DNA of 64,000 nucleotides, taken from Salpingoeca rosetta. Its lineage: Eukaryota > Protista > Choanoflagellata. Where the stretch lies: assembly GCA_033442325.1 (NCBI GenBank), contig JAWQFM010000008.1, forward strand, positions 372,001 to 436,000. The letters are read 5' to 3'. This document shows positions 24,063 to 38,400 of the stretch, piece by piece (positions within the stretch are counted from its first letter, which is position 1; every line of letters begins with the position of its first letter). Position numbers and translations under genes: made by a program. Below the pieces are notes generated by a model. That model worked only from the letters and a program-made list of their open reading frames with translations, searched no databases and was not told where the DNA came from.

Positions 24063-24617
24063 ATGGCCATGCTCACCACCACACCACCACCACCACCACC
24101 ACCAGAAATCGAGGATGAGGTTGCGCGGATGCAAGCCAGCCGCGCCCAAGCCGCGCAGAGCGCTGACAATGCCAACCGCGTGAGCATGGCCTCCGCAGGT
24201 GGCTACGACGGCGATGTGGCAGGGTCGCAGAGCTTTGCCACATCCATCTCCACCATGGACGAGGATGCCGACGACGACGACGCGTCCAACTTTGAACGCG
24301 CCAGCAGATCCACTGGCGCTGTGCAGCGGCTGGTGGACAGCGTTCGCCTGCAGGGCGAGGAGCAGGACCCCTTTGCTGACAGCAAGAAGAAGACCATCCG
24401 CGACCGCGAGTCCGACTACCAGCTGCAGCGCTTCAACCGCATGATCTCGCCCGAGCGCGCAGACCCGTTTGCTGCCGACGCAACCCCACGCCCGCACGAC
24501 CGCACATACGCAGACGTCATGCAGGACTCCATGGTTGAGAACGAGCAGAAGCTTGTCATGCGCAAGATCCAACAGAAGCAGCGCGAGGAAGAAGAGAAGA
24601 AGAAGGAAGAAGAACAG

Positions 24618-24652
<35 letters not shown>

Positions 24653-27600
24653 ACGACAGGAAGCTCAGAAAGAGCAGCCGCAGGCAACGCCCGATTCCGG
24701 CGTGACCACCGCGTCGACGTCCTCCGGTACAGGCATGGCGTCGCGATGGGATGCAACGCCTGTGCGGCCCGAGAGTGGCAGCGGCGCGGGCGCGTCCCGG
24801 TGGGATGACGAGGGCACTCCTGCACGCAAGAAGTCGCGGTGGGACCAGACGCCAGCCGCTGCCGGCACGGGTCGCCGCAGGAGCAGGTGGGACGAGACGC
24901 CAAAGGACGCCATGGGCGCAGCCACCGCCGCCACGCCAAATTTTGCTGCAATGAGCACGCCCATGGCCATGGGCATGGCCACGCCAACGCCGGGCCAGAT
25001 GGGGGCGATGACCCCCGACCAGCGGCAGCGCGTGCGGTGGGAGAAGGACATGGACGAGCGCAACCGCCCGCTCTCCGATGAGGACCTCGACATGATGCTG
25101 CCGACAGAAGGGTTCAAGATCCTGGAGCCGCCGGCGTCGTACCAGCCCATCCGCACGCCGTCGCGGCGCATCTACTCGACGCCCACGCCCATGAGTGGCA
25201 TGGCCGGGTTCAGCATCCCGCTGGAGGACAAGGCGGCCAAGGCAAGCGACCTGGGTCTGCCCACGCTCGCCGACGAGTCGCTGCCGTCGCTCAAGCCCGA
25301 GGACGAGGCCCACTTTGCCAAGCTGATGCAGGACGTGGACGAGGGCCAGCTCGACGCCGACGCGCGCAAGGAGCGGGCGATTATGAAGCTGCTGCTGCGC
25401 ATCAAGAACGGCACGCCGCCCATGCGCAAGACGGCGCTGCGGCAGATCACAGACAAGGCGCGCGAGTTTGGGCCCGGCCCGCTGTTCAACCAGATTCTGC
25501 CACTGCTCATGTCGCCGTCACTGGAGGACCAGGAGCGCCACTTTCTGGTGAAGGTCATTGACCGCATCCTGTACAAGCTCGACGACCTGGTGCGCCCGTA
25601 TGTGCACAAGATCCTGGTGGTGATTGAGCCGCTGCTGATTGACGAGGACTACTATGCGCGCGTTGAGGGCCGCGAGATCATCTCCAACCTGGCAAAGGCC
25701 GCCGGCCTCGCCAGCATGATCTCCGTCATGCGTCCAGACATTGACAACGTGGATGAGTACGTGCGCAACATCACTGCGCGCGCGTTTGCGGTGGTGGCCT
25801 CTGCGCTCGGCATTCCCTCGCTGCTGCCCTTCCTCAAGGCCGTGTGCCGGTCCAAGAAGTCGTGGCAGGCGCGCCACACGGGCATCAAGATTGTGCAGCA
25901 GATTGCGGTGCTCATGGGCTGTGCTGTGCTGCCGCACCTGCGCAACCTGGTCAAGATTGTGGAGCACGGCCTGCAGGACAACGAGCCCAAGGTCAAGACC
26001 ATCACCGCGCTCGCCCTCGCTGCGCTGGCAGAGTCGGCTGCGCCGTACGGCATTGAGTCCTTTGATCAGGTCCTGCTGCCGCTGTACCACGGCATCAGCC
26101 AGCAGCGCTCCAAGGCCCTCGCCGCGTTTCTCAAGGCGATTGGCTTCATCATCCCACTCATGGACCCGGACGCAGCAAACTACTACACAAGGTCGGGTGG
26201 TGCCAGCAACGTTGGCTCCCGGGGCGGGGGGGAGGGCAGGTGATAGGGGGCGTTTGCGAGCTGTTGTGTGTGCGTGTGTGTGTGTGCGTGTGTGTGTGTG
26301 TGTGTTTGGTCGAGCGCGAGACCTCGTTCCTTGAGCCGTTTCATGGATTCTACTCTACTGTTGCTTTGTTTCTCACGCCCACTCCCCTCACCGTTTCGTG
26401 TGCTTTGGTCGTGCTGACCCAGGGAAGTGATGGGCGTTTTGATCCGAGAATTCCAATCCCCGGATGACGAGATGAAGAAGATTGTGCTTAAGGTACGGTC
26501 TTGTCGTGGTCTTGTTGTCGTTGTTGTTGACGTGTGGCACATGAGAACGTGTCGTCGTGTATGCGAGCACAGAGCGTCGCATGTGATGCCATTGCTATTG
26601 GAGGGCATGTCTTCGCGTCCTCACCTACACTCTTCCTGAGTCACACCAATCACCAATAATCACAAACCGTCACAATCGCACAAAATACTCACGGTTGTGG
26701 CCACCACCATCACTCAACTTCTCCATCTCCGTCTCCCCCACCTTCATCCTCACCCAAACACAACACACTGGCGTGCAGGTTGTGAAGCAGTGTTGCGGAA
26801 CCGACGGCGTGGACGCCGCGTACATCCGGGACGAAATTCTGCCGCACTTTTTCAAGCATTTCTGGAACGTGCGCATGTCGCTGGACCGCCGCAACTACGC
26901 GCAGCTTGTGGAGACGACGGTGGAGCTGGCCAACAAGGTTGGCGCGCCTGAGATGGTGTCTCGCCTTGTCAACGACCTCAATGACGAGAACGAGGGCTAT
27001 CGTAAGATGGTCGTCGACGCAATCGACAAGGTACGCTTGGATTCACCCTTCAGGGCGTGTTGTGTTGCTGTGTGTGTGTGGGGGGGGGGAGGGGAGGGGG
27101 ATTGCTTGTTGCTTTTGTACTATCTTGTGATCTGTGCTCGTGGGTGCTGCATTTTATGCTTGGGCTCGGCACTGGCCACATTGATTGTCAGAATGACGGG
27201 CATCTCACCATGTTTGTTTGTCTCCTTGCTTGCTCTTCTTTCTGCGGTTGCTCCGTCTCTCTATGTCTCCATATCTGTGTCTGTCTCTGTCTGTCTGTCT
27301 GGCTGGCTGGCTGGCTGGCTGTCTGGCTGTCTGTCCGTCTATTTGTCTGGCTGTCTGGCTGTCTATCTCTGTCTGGCTGTCTGTGCAGATTCTGCGCAAC
27401 CTTGGGGCGGCGGACATTGACAAGGAGCTTGAGCGGCAGCTGATGGAGAGCATGCTGTTTGCCTTCCAGGAGCAGACGACGGAGGACGATGTGCTCCTCA
27501 ACGGCTTTGGCAGCGTCGTCAACGCTCTTGGGAAGCGCACGCGCGACTACCTCCCACAGATCTGCGGTACCATCCTCTGGCGCCTCAACAACAAATCTGC

Positions 27601-29337
27601 AAAGGTGCGTTGCTGTTAGTGCTTTGTTGCGTGCTTTGTTGCGTGCTTCTGCGTTCATGTGTTTCTGCTGCTTTACTTGTGTTGCGTTTGATACTGTTCT
27701 ACTTGTGTGTTGCTGTGATGGTGCGATGGGCTGTGGTCCACGTTCAAGCTGCACGCTGCCGCGTTCGCCAGCATTTAATGTGTGATATGCCAATCCCCCG
27801 CCCCCAAACACAAAGCGACACCACATCTCACATGTGTCCACACATCGTGCGTCAGGTGCGCCAACAAGCGGCCGACCTCGTGTCGCGCATTGCGGTGGTG
27901 ATGAACGACTGCGGAGAGATTAAGCTGATGAACAACCTGGGCGTTGTGCTGTACGAGTACCTTGGTGAAGAGTATCCAGAGGTGCTTGGCTCCATCCTTG
28001 GCGCCCTCAAGTCCCTCGTCAACGTCATTGGTGCGTAGCATCACGTGGTTGTGGTGTGTCTTGTACAGGCCTGTCATTTTACATTGTACATGTGCACGTG
28101 TGTGCGTGGGTTGTGTATTGTGTGCTTGCGTTGTGTATTGTGTGCTTGCGTGTGCTTGAGCGCTTTTGCGTGTTCTTGTGTGTTCTTGCGTGTGTTTGAG
28201 CGCTTGCGTGTGCTTGCGTGTGCTTGCGTGTGCTTGTGTGGGTCGTTGGAAGTGGACGGAAAAGTGGACGGAAGGTGGTGGACACATGTGTGCACATTGT
28301 GTCTCATCCAATCCAAGCTCACCCTGTTGTGCATCACTCATGTTCTAACAACCCACCTCGCTCTTGGACTTGACACCACCACCACCACCACCACCACCGT
28401 TGCCACATCAGGTATGGAGCGCATGCAGCCGCCCGTGAAGGACCTGCTGCCGCGCCTGACGCCCATCCTGAAGAACAGGCACGAGAAGGTGCAGGAGAAC
28501 TGCATTGACCTCGTGGGCCGCATTGCCGATCGCGGCCCCGAATACGTCTCTCCAAAGGAGTGGATGCGCATCTGCTTCGAGGTGCGTTCAATGTGTGCGT
28601 GTGTTTGGGTGTTTGTGTGTTTGTGTGTTTGTGTGCGTGTGCGCGTGTGTGGTAGTGTGTCGTCCTGTGTAGTGTTGCAGCTTGTAATGCGCGCGCGAAC
28701 GTGAACGATGCAGTGTGTTCTTGCGAATGCGAATTCAATTATTTTTGCTCACACCGATACTTGCCCGTCGCGACGCGTGTGCGTTTCTGCTGCCTGCAGT
28801 TGCTGGAGTTGCTGAAGGCGCACAAGAAGGCAATTCGGCGCGCAACCGTCAACACGTTTGGCTACATTGCCAAGGCCATTGGCCCCCAGGATGTGCTGGC
28901 AACCCTGCTCAACAACCTCAAAGTGCAGGAGCGACAGCTGCGCGTGTGCACAACTGTGGCCATCGCCATTGTTGCCGAGACGTGCTCCCCTTTTACCGTC
29001 CTCCCTGGTCTGATGAACGAATACCGCGTCCCTGAGCTCAACGTGCAGGTGCGTGTGTGCATGTGCGTGTCTTTTCATTTGTGTACGTGTTTGCGTGTGC
29101 GTGCGTGTATGTTCATGCCTGTGCGTCCTTGTGTATGTGCGTGTCTTATTGTGTCTGACTGAAAACGTGCGCTCACCTACGAACAAACCCAATGTGCATG
29201 TGCATATGCATGTGCCTCTCTCTCACTCTCTCACTCTCACTCACTCACTCACTCTCTCTCACTCTCACTCTCTCTCTCACTCTCTCACTCTCACTCACTC
29301 ACTCACTCACTCACTCACTCACTCACTCACTCACTCA

Positions 29338-29424
<87 letters not shown>

Positions 29425-30393
29425 TCTCCCTCTCCATGTGATCGTTTACAGAATGGCGTGCTCAAGTCGCTGTCGTTCCTGTTTGAGTACATTGGTGAGA
29501 TGGGCAAGGACTACATCTATGCCGTCACACCGCTCCTGCAGGACGCCCTCATGGACCGCGACGCCGTGCACAGACAGGTGCGTTTGTTTCCTTGCATGTA
29601 TGTGTGTGTGTGCGTGCGTGTGTGGGTGTATGTATGTGTGCGTGTGCGTGCGTGTATGTGTGTATGTGTGTGTGCGTGCGTGTGTGCATATGTGTGTGTG
29701 TGTATGAGTGCATATGTGTGCATGCGTGTGCGTTGTACGCAGATGTGTGCGTGCGTGTCCGAGCCGTTTCGCCCTGAAGAGTTGCCACTTTGTCACATAC
29801 TTGTTTGTTGTCGTTGGCTGCGTTTGAAACACGTGCCAATATCCTCACCTTGCCGCGACGCCGCTCACACCACCTCCATCATCACTGCATTGCAGACTGC
29901 TTGCACGGCCATCAAGCACATGTCGCTCGGCGTGTATGGCTTTGGCAATGAGGATGCGCTCACGCATCTCCTCAACTTTGTCTGGCCCAACATCTTCGAG
30001 GTGTGTATGCGACGTAGGCGCCGTGGTCACTGTTGTTTTTGTTGGTTGCCTTGTGGCTCACCTGTGTTCCAAAAACGTGATCGTTGTTTAGAAGTGCTTG
30101 TTTTGTCGACGAAACAGCGTCTGCGCATGCACACTGCAGCACCTTAATCATGTGACGACTGCGGGCGCTCACCCACACCTACCTGACACACATGGACGGT
30201 GGATGCTGTATTGTTTTGCGTGTGCACAGACGTCGCCGCACGTGATCAACGCTGTGATGGATGCAATTGGTGGCCTTCGCGTTGCGCTCGGCCCATCCCG
30301 CATCCTCTCATACACACTCCAGGGCCTGTTTCACCCAGCAAGAAAGGTGTGAATGTGTGTGTGTGTGGTGTGTGTGGTGTGTGTGGTGTGTGT

Positions 30394-30476
<83 letters not shown>

Positions 30477-30747
30477 CAGTTGCGCATCATGACCCAGTTC
30501 GTGTGGACACGCAGCCCTGTCCGTCCCCCGTCGTCCCCCGTCTACACCCGTCCTGTTTCTGCTCCTCTCTTCTTCACTCACGTCCTCTCCCTTCATCCCC
30601 AACTTTTGGCAGGTGCGGCAAGTGTACTGGAAAATCTACAACACGCTCTACATTGGCTGCCAGGACGCCCTTGTTGCGTATTATCCCTCGTTTGATGACG
30701 AGAACAAGCGCTCATACCGCCGCCGCGAACTGGAATATGTCTTGTAG
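24063..30747 (+). CDS. SF3B1: Splicing factor 3B subunit 1
   Basis: N-terminal RWD (ULM) and TP repeats, [44 protein letters not shown] repeats, C-terminal [11 protein letters not shown] first exon of ~2.1 kb is followed by ~10 short exons. Confidence 0.98.
29219..29430 (+). repeat. Compound (CTCA)n/(CA)n/(CT)n microsatellite in an SF3B1 intron
   Basis: Seen directly in sequence. Confidence 0.9.
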
Positions 30748-31101
30748 ACGTCCGTGTGTGTATGCGTTGTGTGCACCTTTACATTCGGTGCAGGCGGTGG
30801 TTCACGTGGCGTCTTTTGTCAAGTTGTCACATCCCCTCCCTTCTTGATCTCCTTGCCCTTGTTTCTCCCTCTCTCGTGAAAGTGAATGAACCTACTTCCT
30901 CAAACATCGCGTTGGTAAAGCACGCACACGCGCACGCACACCCACACAAAAAGTCTCGTCCGCGTTGAAAGCCACCTTGAAGGGTTTAATCTGTACCGAC
31001 ATGAACCGTGCAGAAGGAACAACCAATCAACAACCACACAACCACCACCACACAGCCGCGCACATGGTTATGGTGGCGGTCTCACACATGCAACAGGCCG
31101 T

Positions 31102-31371
31102 CTACGACGCAATGGTGACCTCGAAGTTGACATCGGGGTCAATGTTGATGTGAGTGATGTCGCGCACGTGAGCGCTGGTCGCAACAAAGTCGATCAGGCG
31201 CTTGTGGATACGCAGAGAGTAGCGGTCCCAGGTCTTGGAACCCTCACCGCAAGGGGTCTTACGGGTCGTGATCTTGAGGTTCTGTGCACATCAAAAGTTA
31301 CAGGCAGCACAAGCGGCAGGGGTGCCAAGGCGACAAAAGGCGTGAATTACATGGCCAAAGAATGTATGCAT

Positions 31372-31403
<32 letters not shown>

Positions 31404-32827
31404 GGAGGGGGGGGGATACGCAAGCATTGTGTTGTGTGTGCTTGCTGGGTTCGGCAATCAAGAACCGACAAGGCAAAACAACCACAGCCACTCCAATAGA
31501 GCAGTGGCCACAACAGCCGTGCCTCTACATAAACACCACCATAAATGGGCTAGTTCAGCTGCAACACAAGCGCTAACAAGCAGCAAGCCCAGGACATCAC
31601 CACACGTCCTGCAAACGGGAGCAGCAGCGAAGCAGACTTACGCGGGTGGGCATGCGGACGGGGCCCTTGACGTTGATGTTCTTGCCCTTGGCGTTACCGA
31701 GAATCTCGGCGCACACCTTCTCGAGCTTCTTGGGGAAAGAAGAGGTGAGGGTCATACGAATGCGGTGGTGCTTCGTGTCCTCGACGCCTTGCTTGTGCTG
31801 TGTGTTTCGAAAAGGAGAGGGACGGAGAGAACGAGAAAGAGAGAAAGAGAGAGAAAAGGAGGGGCGAGGGGGAACAGCAAACAAAGGAGAAGAACACATT
31901 TGAAACAAGGGAAGAGAGCAAGAGAAAGCAGGGGTTGTGTGGAAGCAGGTGGGCAACAGCGTGAGAACCAGTATTCTTCGACAGCGCCGACGTTCGTGCA
32001 TGTTTGAATGAGGTGGACATGCGACACATAGGACACTGATACAACAGCTGGTCTGGCAGGTAAAAAATCATCGGCTGACTGCTGCTGCTGATTCAAGTGC
32101 TAGAGTTGTAGAAGAGGGGGGGGAGGGGGTTGTGCGTGCACTGACACCCTCACCCACGCGCAACGACGCTGTGATCGGTGTCTGGTCGAAAGCACACGCC
32201 GTTGTGCATGCGTGTGCACAATCTCTGTCACTTCCTCAACCGCCTTGCACTTTGTTGTCATCATCGGCAGCAGCATCGGGCGCGAGTGGTGTCGGTGTGT
32301 CTCGTGGCACCATCATCATCACTAGTGTTCTGACCACGCACGTGACGGTGCAGAAGTACGTCTCTCTGGTACACGTGCTTGGGCCATCCTCGACACTTTG
32401 ATGATAAGCAGCAACAGAAAAAATCACCACCCGCATCGCTAGCCGCCAAGCAGGTACACCTCACTCAATCATCAACCGCTGAATCATCGCCTGTGCATCG
32501 ATGCCTTGTGGCTCGCTGTGGCTGTCTGCTTGCTGTGGCTGTTGGCTGAGGTCGCTTGCTGGTGCGGCTCGTTCGTTCGGTGGTTGGTTGCAGCAGCAGC
32601 TGAAAACTTCCCTCACGCGTACACAAGTGCACAGTGCACGCGCGCGAAGAGCGAAGACGGGCACATCCACATAACGTACAAACAGCAACACGAGGTACGC
32701 AACGCACCCACAAACAAACACACACACACACATTCACAGACATCAACACACATACAATCACAGACGCATACACAGCAACATTGACAGCAGCACCACAAGC
32801 GCACATATCCGCCCTTACCGCGCTCAT
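31102..32827 (-). CDS. RPS20: 40S ribosomal protein S20 (uS10)
   Basis: Exons 31797-31642 ([23 protein letters not shown]) and 31281-31102 ([26 protein letters not shown]). The first coding exon is probably ATGAGCGCG|GTAAG at 32827-32819 (less certain). Confidence 0.95.
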
Positions 32828-33225
32828 GGTTGGTTGTTCGCCAGCGACAGGTGGTGATGGAAGGAAGGAAAAAGGCACAGCGCACACATGCACTGAATCT
32901 TGAAGCAAGCCACCCACAAATTCTCTGCGAGGTGTGAGTTTCCCACATAAAATATCACGAAAGAAAAATTGCAAATAAAAGGCACACCACAAATGAAACT
33001 GCGACTGAATTCAGGCGCGACAGTGCGTTCTCGAGGAGCGCGACAGCGCGACACACAAAAGTTTGGGCGTCCTCCTTTCAATGCACACGACATTCACGCA
33101 CAACGTGCAACACTCACACACACACACTCACGCTTGCTTTGCTCCAACGCCAAGGCAGCCAGCGAGAGCCAGAACAATATCAACAAAGGAGGAGGAGAGG
33201 AAGAACAAACGCTGCGTTTGGGCCG

Positions 33226-33465
33226 ATGGATGTGGAGGTTGAGGTGTTGGACGAGCATGGCGAGCCGCTGGTGATTCCGCCGTGGCCAGGCGGCATGAAG
33301 GCATGGGTGAATGAGCTGCCCAAGGTCGTTGATCCAGAGCACCCGCACCGCCTGCTCTACTCCAACCAACTCCTCGCCACCATTGGGTTCAGCCTCAGTA
33401 TGAATGACACCATTGCGCACTTGCGCAGCGCCCTGGAGAAGGTACGCGTGTGTGTGAAGAGAGAG

Positions 33466-33497
<32 letters not shown>

Positions 33498-34563
33498 TGT
33501 GTGTGTGTGTGTGTTTGTTGTACATGTGTGTGAAGTATGTGCAAGTGTACGTGGCTGGGTGAATGTTCATGTGTATGCGTTCGTGTGTGCGCGTGAAGGC
33601 GCAACTGTACACATTCATGGCCTGCTGGGAAACACACCCATGCCACAGACATCCAACACCCATCCCACTCACAGCCTTGTCGTGTTCCATCCACACTTGC
33701 CCCTGCTGCAGGGCTTGCCATACTTTGATGACAAGCTGGCCGTTGGGCTGGTCATCAAGGAGTTCCGCTTCCTGGGCGAGCTGGTGTCCGAGACTGCAGT
33801 CTTGGGTGACCTTGATGTGAAGGTGGTCAGCACAGTTGAGTCACGGTCCTCCCTCGTCGGGCACAGGGACTGCCTGCAAGTGGTGACGCAGGTCGTCGTC
33901 CGCGTGTTCCTGCCAGACAAGTCGAAGCTGCTCGCTGTGACGCTGGACAACTTTGACCCAGCCACCCTCACCTGCGGCGACATCCTCAAGCGCCTGCAGT
34001 CGTTTCGCGACGTCATGCCAACCATGCGCCTGATTCGGGAGTATCCAACAGTTCGCCCGTTTATCTGCGACCAGAGCACACACGTCTACGGCTTTCCTGG
34101 CAAGGTGAGCAAGCTCAACCATGTGCACAACACACAATTGCATTCAAGGTGTATGTGTATGTGTGTGTGTGTCTGTGTGTGTGTGTGTTGTTGTTGTTGT
34201 TGTTGTTGGCGAGGACGGTAAGGATGTGCGATGCACTCCTTGCTCTGCGCCATGATTCACACTGCAACTGGCCCTCACTTCTCTGTTTCCCGCGCTCGCA
34301 TCACGACGACGTGGTGCACCTTTACCAGCGAGACCGCGGGTTGTGGGTGCAGCGGGCCACATAAAGGCCCCTTGCAGCCATGCAAGCTCACGTCTCCACC
34401 CCCCGATCTGCCTTCCGTCTCGTCCGGCCAGAAGACACGGCGCATCTCAAAAAAAGAAGTGGGNNNNNNNNNNNNNNNNNNNNNNNNNNNNNNNNNNNNN
34501 NNNNNNNNNNNNNNNNNNNNNNNNNNNNNNNNNNNNNNNNNNNNNNNNNNNNNNNNNNNNNNN

Positions 34564-34653
<90 letters not shown>

Positions 34654-34882
34654 GAGTGAACATGAATGACAACACTTGGGATTGCATGGTGCATTTTTTG
34701 TCACATATTTGATGCATGCCATGAATTACCCATGCTAGCTAATGACAATGCTCTGTTCGATCTGTCCTTGTGCAGTCGGAATGGTGGTCCCTGATTGGCG
34801 CGCAAGCAGGTGTGTACACGTGCATGCTTTTTCGGAATCAAGACAACAGTCATCATTTCATTGGTCCTACAGCGAGGCGTTT

Positions 34883-34919
<37 letters not shown>

Positions 34920-34944
34920 CGCACACACAGACACAGACAGACAG

Positions 34945-35008
<64 letters not shown>

Positions 35009-35380
35009 TTTGCACATCTCACACCACGTTTACTGCCACCACGCTGACACGTTGCTGCTGTTGTTGCACTGCATTGGCAGGCTGGGTCGGGCACCAGGAG
35101 ACGTTTTGTGGCGCAAAGGAGCCCGTCACGCTGATGCTGCACCCGCCACAGGTGCCAACATGGGTCAATGTGTCGTTCCCAGACACCGCAAAGCCAATCA
35201 AGTGCCACACCTTGTGGAAGGTTTGTTGAATGTGTGAGTGCGTGTGCGTTTATGTGTGTGCGTGTGCGTTTGTGTGTTTGTGTGTGTTTGTGCGTTTGTG
35301 TGTTTGTGTGTGTGTTTGTGTGAGTGCGTGTGCGTTTGTGTGTGTTTGTGTGAGTGTGTGTGTTTGTGTTTGTGTTTGTG

Positions 35381-35411
<31 letters not shown>

Positions 35412-38400
35412 TGGGCTCTTCTTGCGTGCTTCCTGTTCTGCATCACGCTGTAGTTCCAGCGCTAACCAGACCGAACCCTGTCACCACCTGCATCACATGA
35501 CAATCGACAGAAAAAGATACATGCGGCTGGCGGGTCGGGGTTGCGCGTTGCTGTGCAGCCCCACGAAGGCCTCTACCCAAACCAAATCACGCTCCACCCC
35601 GATGCCACAATGACACCCTGCGAAGGTCGTGCGTTTGTAGCCCTCAGTGTGCATGCATGACTAGGTGTGCAGGCTTGGAGATCGAGAAGTCTCCGTCGAC
35701 ACAAAGAAATGGATGTTGCACCCGCCTACTCGCACACGCACTCACACACATGCTCGCATACACACACACACACACACAAACACTTGATTTTGTTTTTGTT
35801 TTGTATTGTTTTGTTGTCAGATGGGATGTATCTTCCGACACCAAAGGAGATGGCGTTTGAGGGCGAGACGTACGGCGCGTGCGAGCCCGGCACTTCGTTT
35901 GGCACGGGCTCGCTCAAGAGCGGTGTGCGCGGCAAGGCGCTTCAGACAACATACAAGGTCTGTGCATGTCGAAGTGTGATTGAACACGTGTGTGTGTGTG
36001 TGTATGTGTGTGTATGGTGTGTGATCGAATTTGTGTCTGTGTTTGTGTGTGAGGCTGTGGGTATGCTGCGTGCGTGAGGTTTTGTCAGGTGCGTATGTTG
36101 TCACGCGTGTACGCATGTGCCTGTGCGCGCACACGATGGGCTTCTGTGTCGCAGCACCTTGCCTGTATGCCCTCACACAACTCCAACCAACTCGCTGCGA
36201 CCCCAACTGTGATCATCACGAACACCAGCTTGAGGTGCGGGCGGACGGCGATGTGCACGTGCTTGCATCTGCACCGGACAGTCAGGTGCACACGGAGCGC
36301 AGCGACCAGGTCCCCGAGCACGTGTACGAGGGAACGCTTGCAACAGGTCTGTCGGGGGTCTGTCGAGGGTCTGCCGAAGTCGCACGTGCGCATGCACATG
36401 TGTATGTGTGTGCGTGTGTGCACATGTGTGTGCGTGTGTGCATGCTCGCGTCCGTGTGCGGACTCACTCATCAACGCATACGGACTCATGTGTGTTGCCA
36501 GGGTTGACACAGTGCCAGTACTTTCGCGGGGTGCATTATTACCGCTGGCCGGGCGAACGAGACGTGCCCGACTCGCGCAAACTCCCATTCTGCCTCTTCC
36601 AGCTCACACAGAACAACAGAATACCAGACGTCATGACCAGGTGCGTATGTGTGTGTGTGTGTGTGTACATTTGTGTAGGCATGTGTGTGGACATGTCTAT
36701 GCATGTGCGTGTATGTGTGTGTTTGGGCGTGCGTGTGGTGATTGTGGCCATGTGCGGTGTTTTGTTTCGAATGGCGTGAGCCCAGTCAACCATGTATGTT
36801 TTGGGTACGTCTTTGTCCACGTCCACAAATTCACACCACATAATCACAAACACGCACCCATACACACACACATTCACACAATGCACACACGTAACCTGCA
36901 CACGCGTGCACGTTTGATTGGTGTCCAGCCCGCTTGGAAAGCGGTACGCCGGCCTGAAGGACAGGAGCTTCTCCATTCTGCCCCCGCAGGGCGGATGTGA
37001 GTGTGTCGTGTGTATGTGTAATTGTGGCATGTGTGAGTGTTTCGCGTAGTTGTGTGGTGCATGTATGTATATGTGCGCGCATGCGCGCACCACTCGCATG
37101 TACTTGTGTGGTGTACCTGCTGTCCCCTGCTTAACTTGTGCCATCTTCCCCAATTGGAATGCACGCACTCATTCGCACCACACGTCCAACCACACGTCCA
37201 ACCACGCCGCCAATCATACCCCCCCTGCCACCTGTTGCTGTCTTTCTTCCCCCCTCCTCCGCCACCAGCTGCCGTTGTCGGCTACCAGGATGCGTTTGTG
37301 CCTGCGCACGACTTCTTCACGTCCTATCTTGATGAGGAGCCACGCCTTGGTTGTGCACGCTGCTCATGTTCGCCCCTGCCCCTGCTGTGCTGGTGTTGGT
37401 GTTGCGGGCTTGCGTGTGCATGTGCGTGAGCGTGTGAGCGTGTGCATGTGCGTGTGAGCGTGTGCATGTGTATGAGTGATGTTATGACCGAGTGGTGTTT
37501 GAGCACATGCACAATTCAGCGCATGCACACCATAGCAGGCACCCCCTCCCCCACATGCACACTCGTGGCTCACGCGTGATGTCATTCAACGTGTCTGTTT
37601 ATGGTGCCGAACCTGTCTGCAGTGCTTGCGCAGTTGGCGTTTCTGGACGAAGGTTTGCATGTGAACGTGTCTGCGTTTATCCTGTGGAACATGGTGTCAC
37701 TGGATGAGCTGCGAATGCCGTTGAACGAAGCCAACAGAATCAAGGCCACAGCAAGCGTTATCATTCGCGCGCGCTCCCAGGTGACCACCAATGTGCCCGT
37801 TCTCCACACACACACACACACATGTGTACACATACATGTGTACATACACACAGACACAGACACACACACACAGACACACACACACGCACACAACGCTGAC
37901 TTGTCGATCACCCTGTTGCCTTATCAGGAGGACGTGCAGGAGCATCTGCGTGAGTGCGGAAAGCTGTATGGTGTTGGTCCCGATCCTGCCACCATTGCGC
38001 CCAAGAAGTTCGCCTTTGTACCAGGTTCGCTCTGCATGTGCGTGCTGTTGATGCCAGTGTTATATCTGTGCGTGTATGCATGTGTGTGTTTGTGTGCACG
38101 TGCATGCGCGCGCTTGAACGAGGCGAGAAGTAGCCCGGTTCCAAATATGACACGCTGCCCCAAAGCTATGGCAGCACAAACCAAACGTCACGTTGACCCC
38201 GCCCCGCTTCAACACACCACACGATCATGTACACTGCGTTCCTCTGCCAGGGACGCTGCAAGCACCACCGTCATCCAGCGAGGCGCTCAACAGGTCCAAG
38301 TCCGTGTCGGTGTCATCGTCCCAGCCGCAGGGCGCACACACGCAACAGCAACAGCAACAACAGCAGCAGCAGCAGAGGTCAATGACGATGGGCGGGAAGC

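Noticed and set aside
32258-32474. Canonical C/D box snoRNA call
   Set aside because: C-box-like TGATGA is present, but no matching CTGA D box or convincing rRNA antisense element was found
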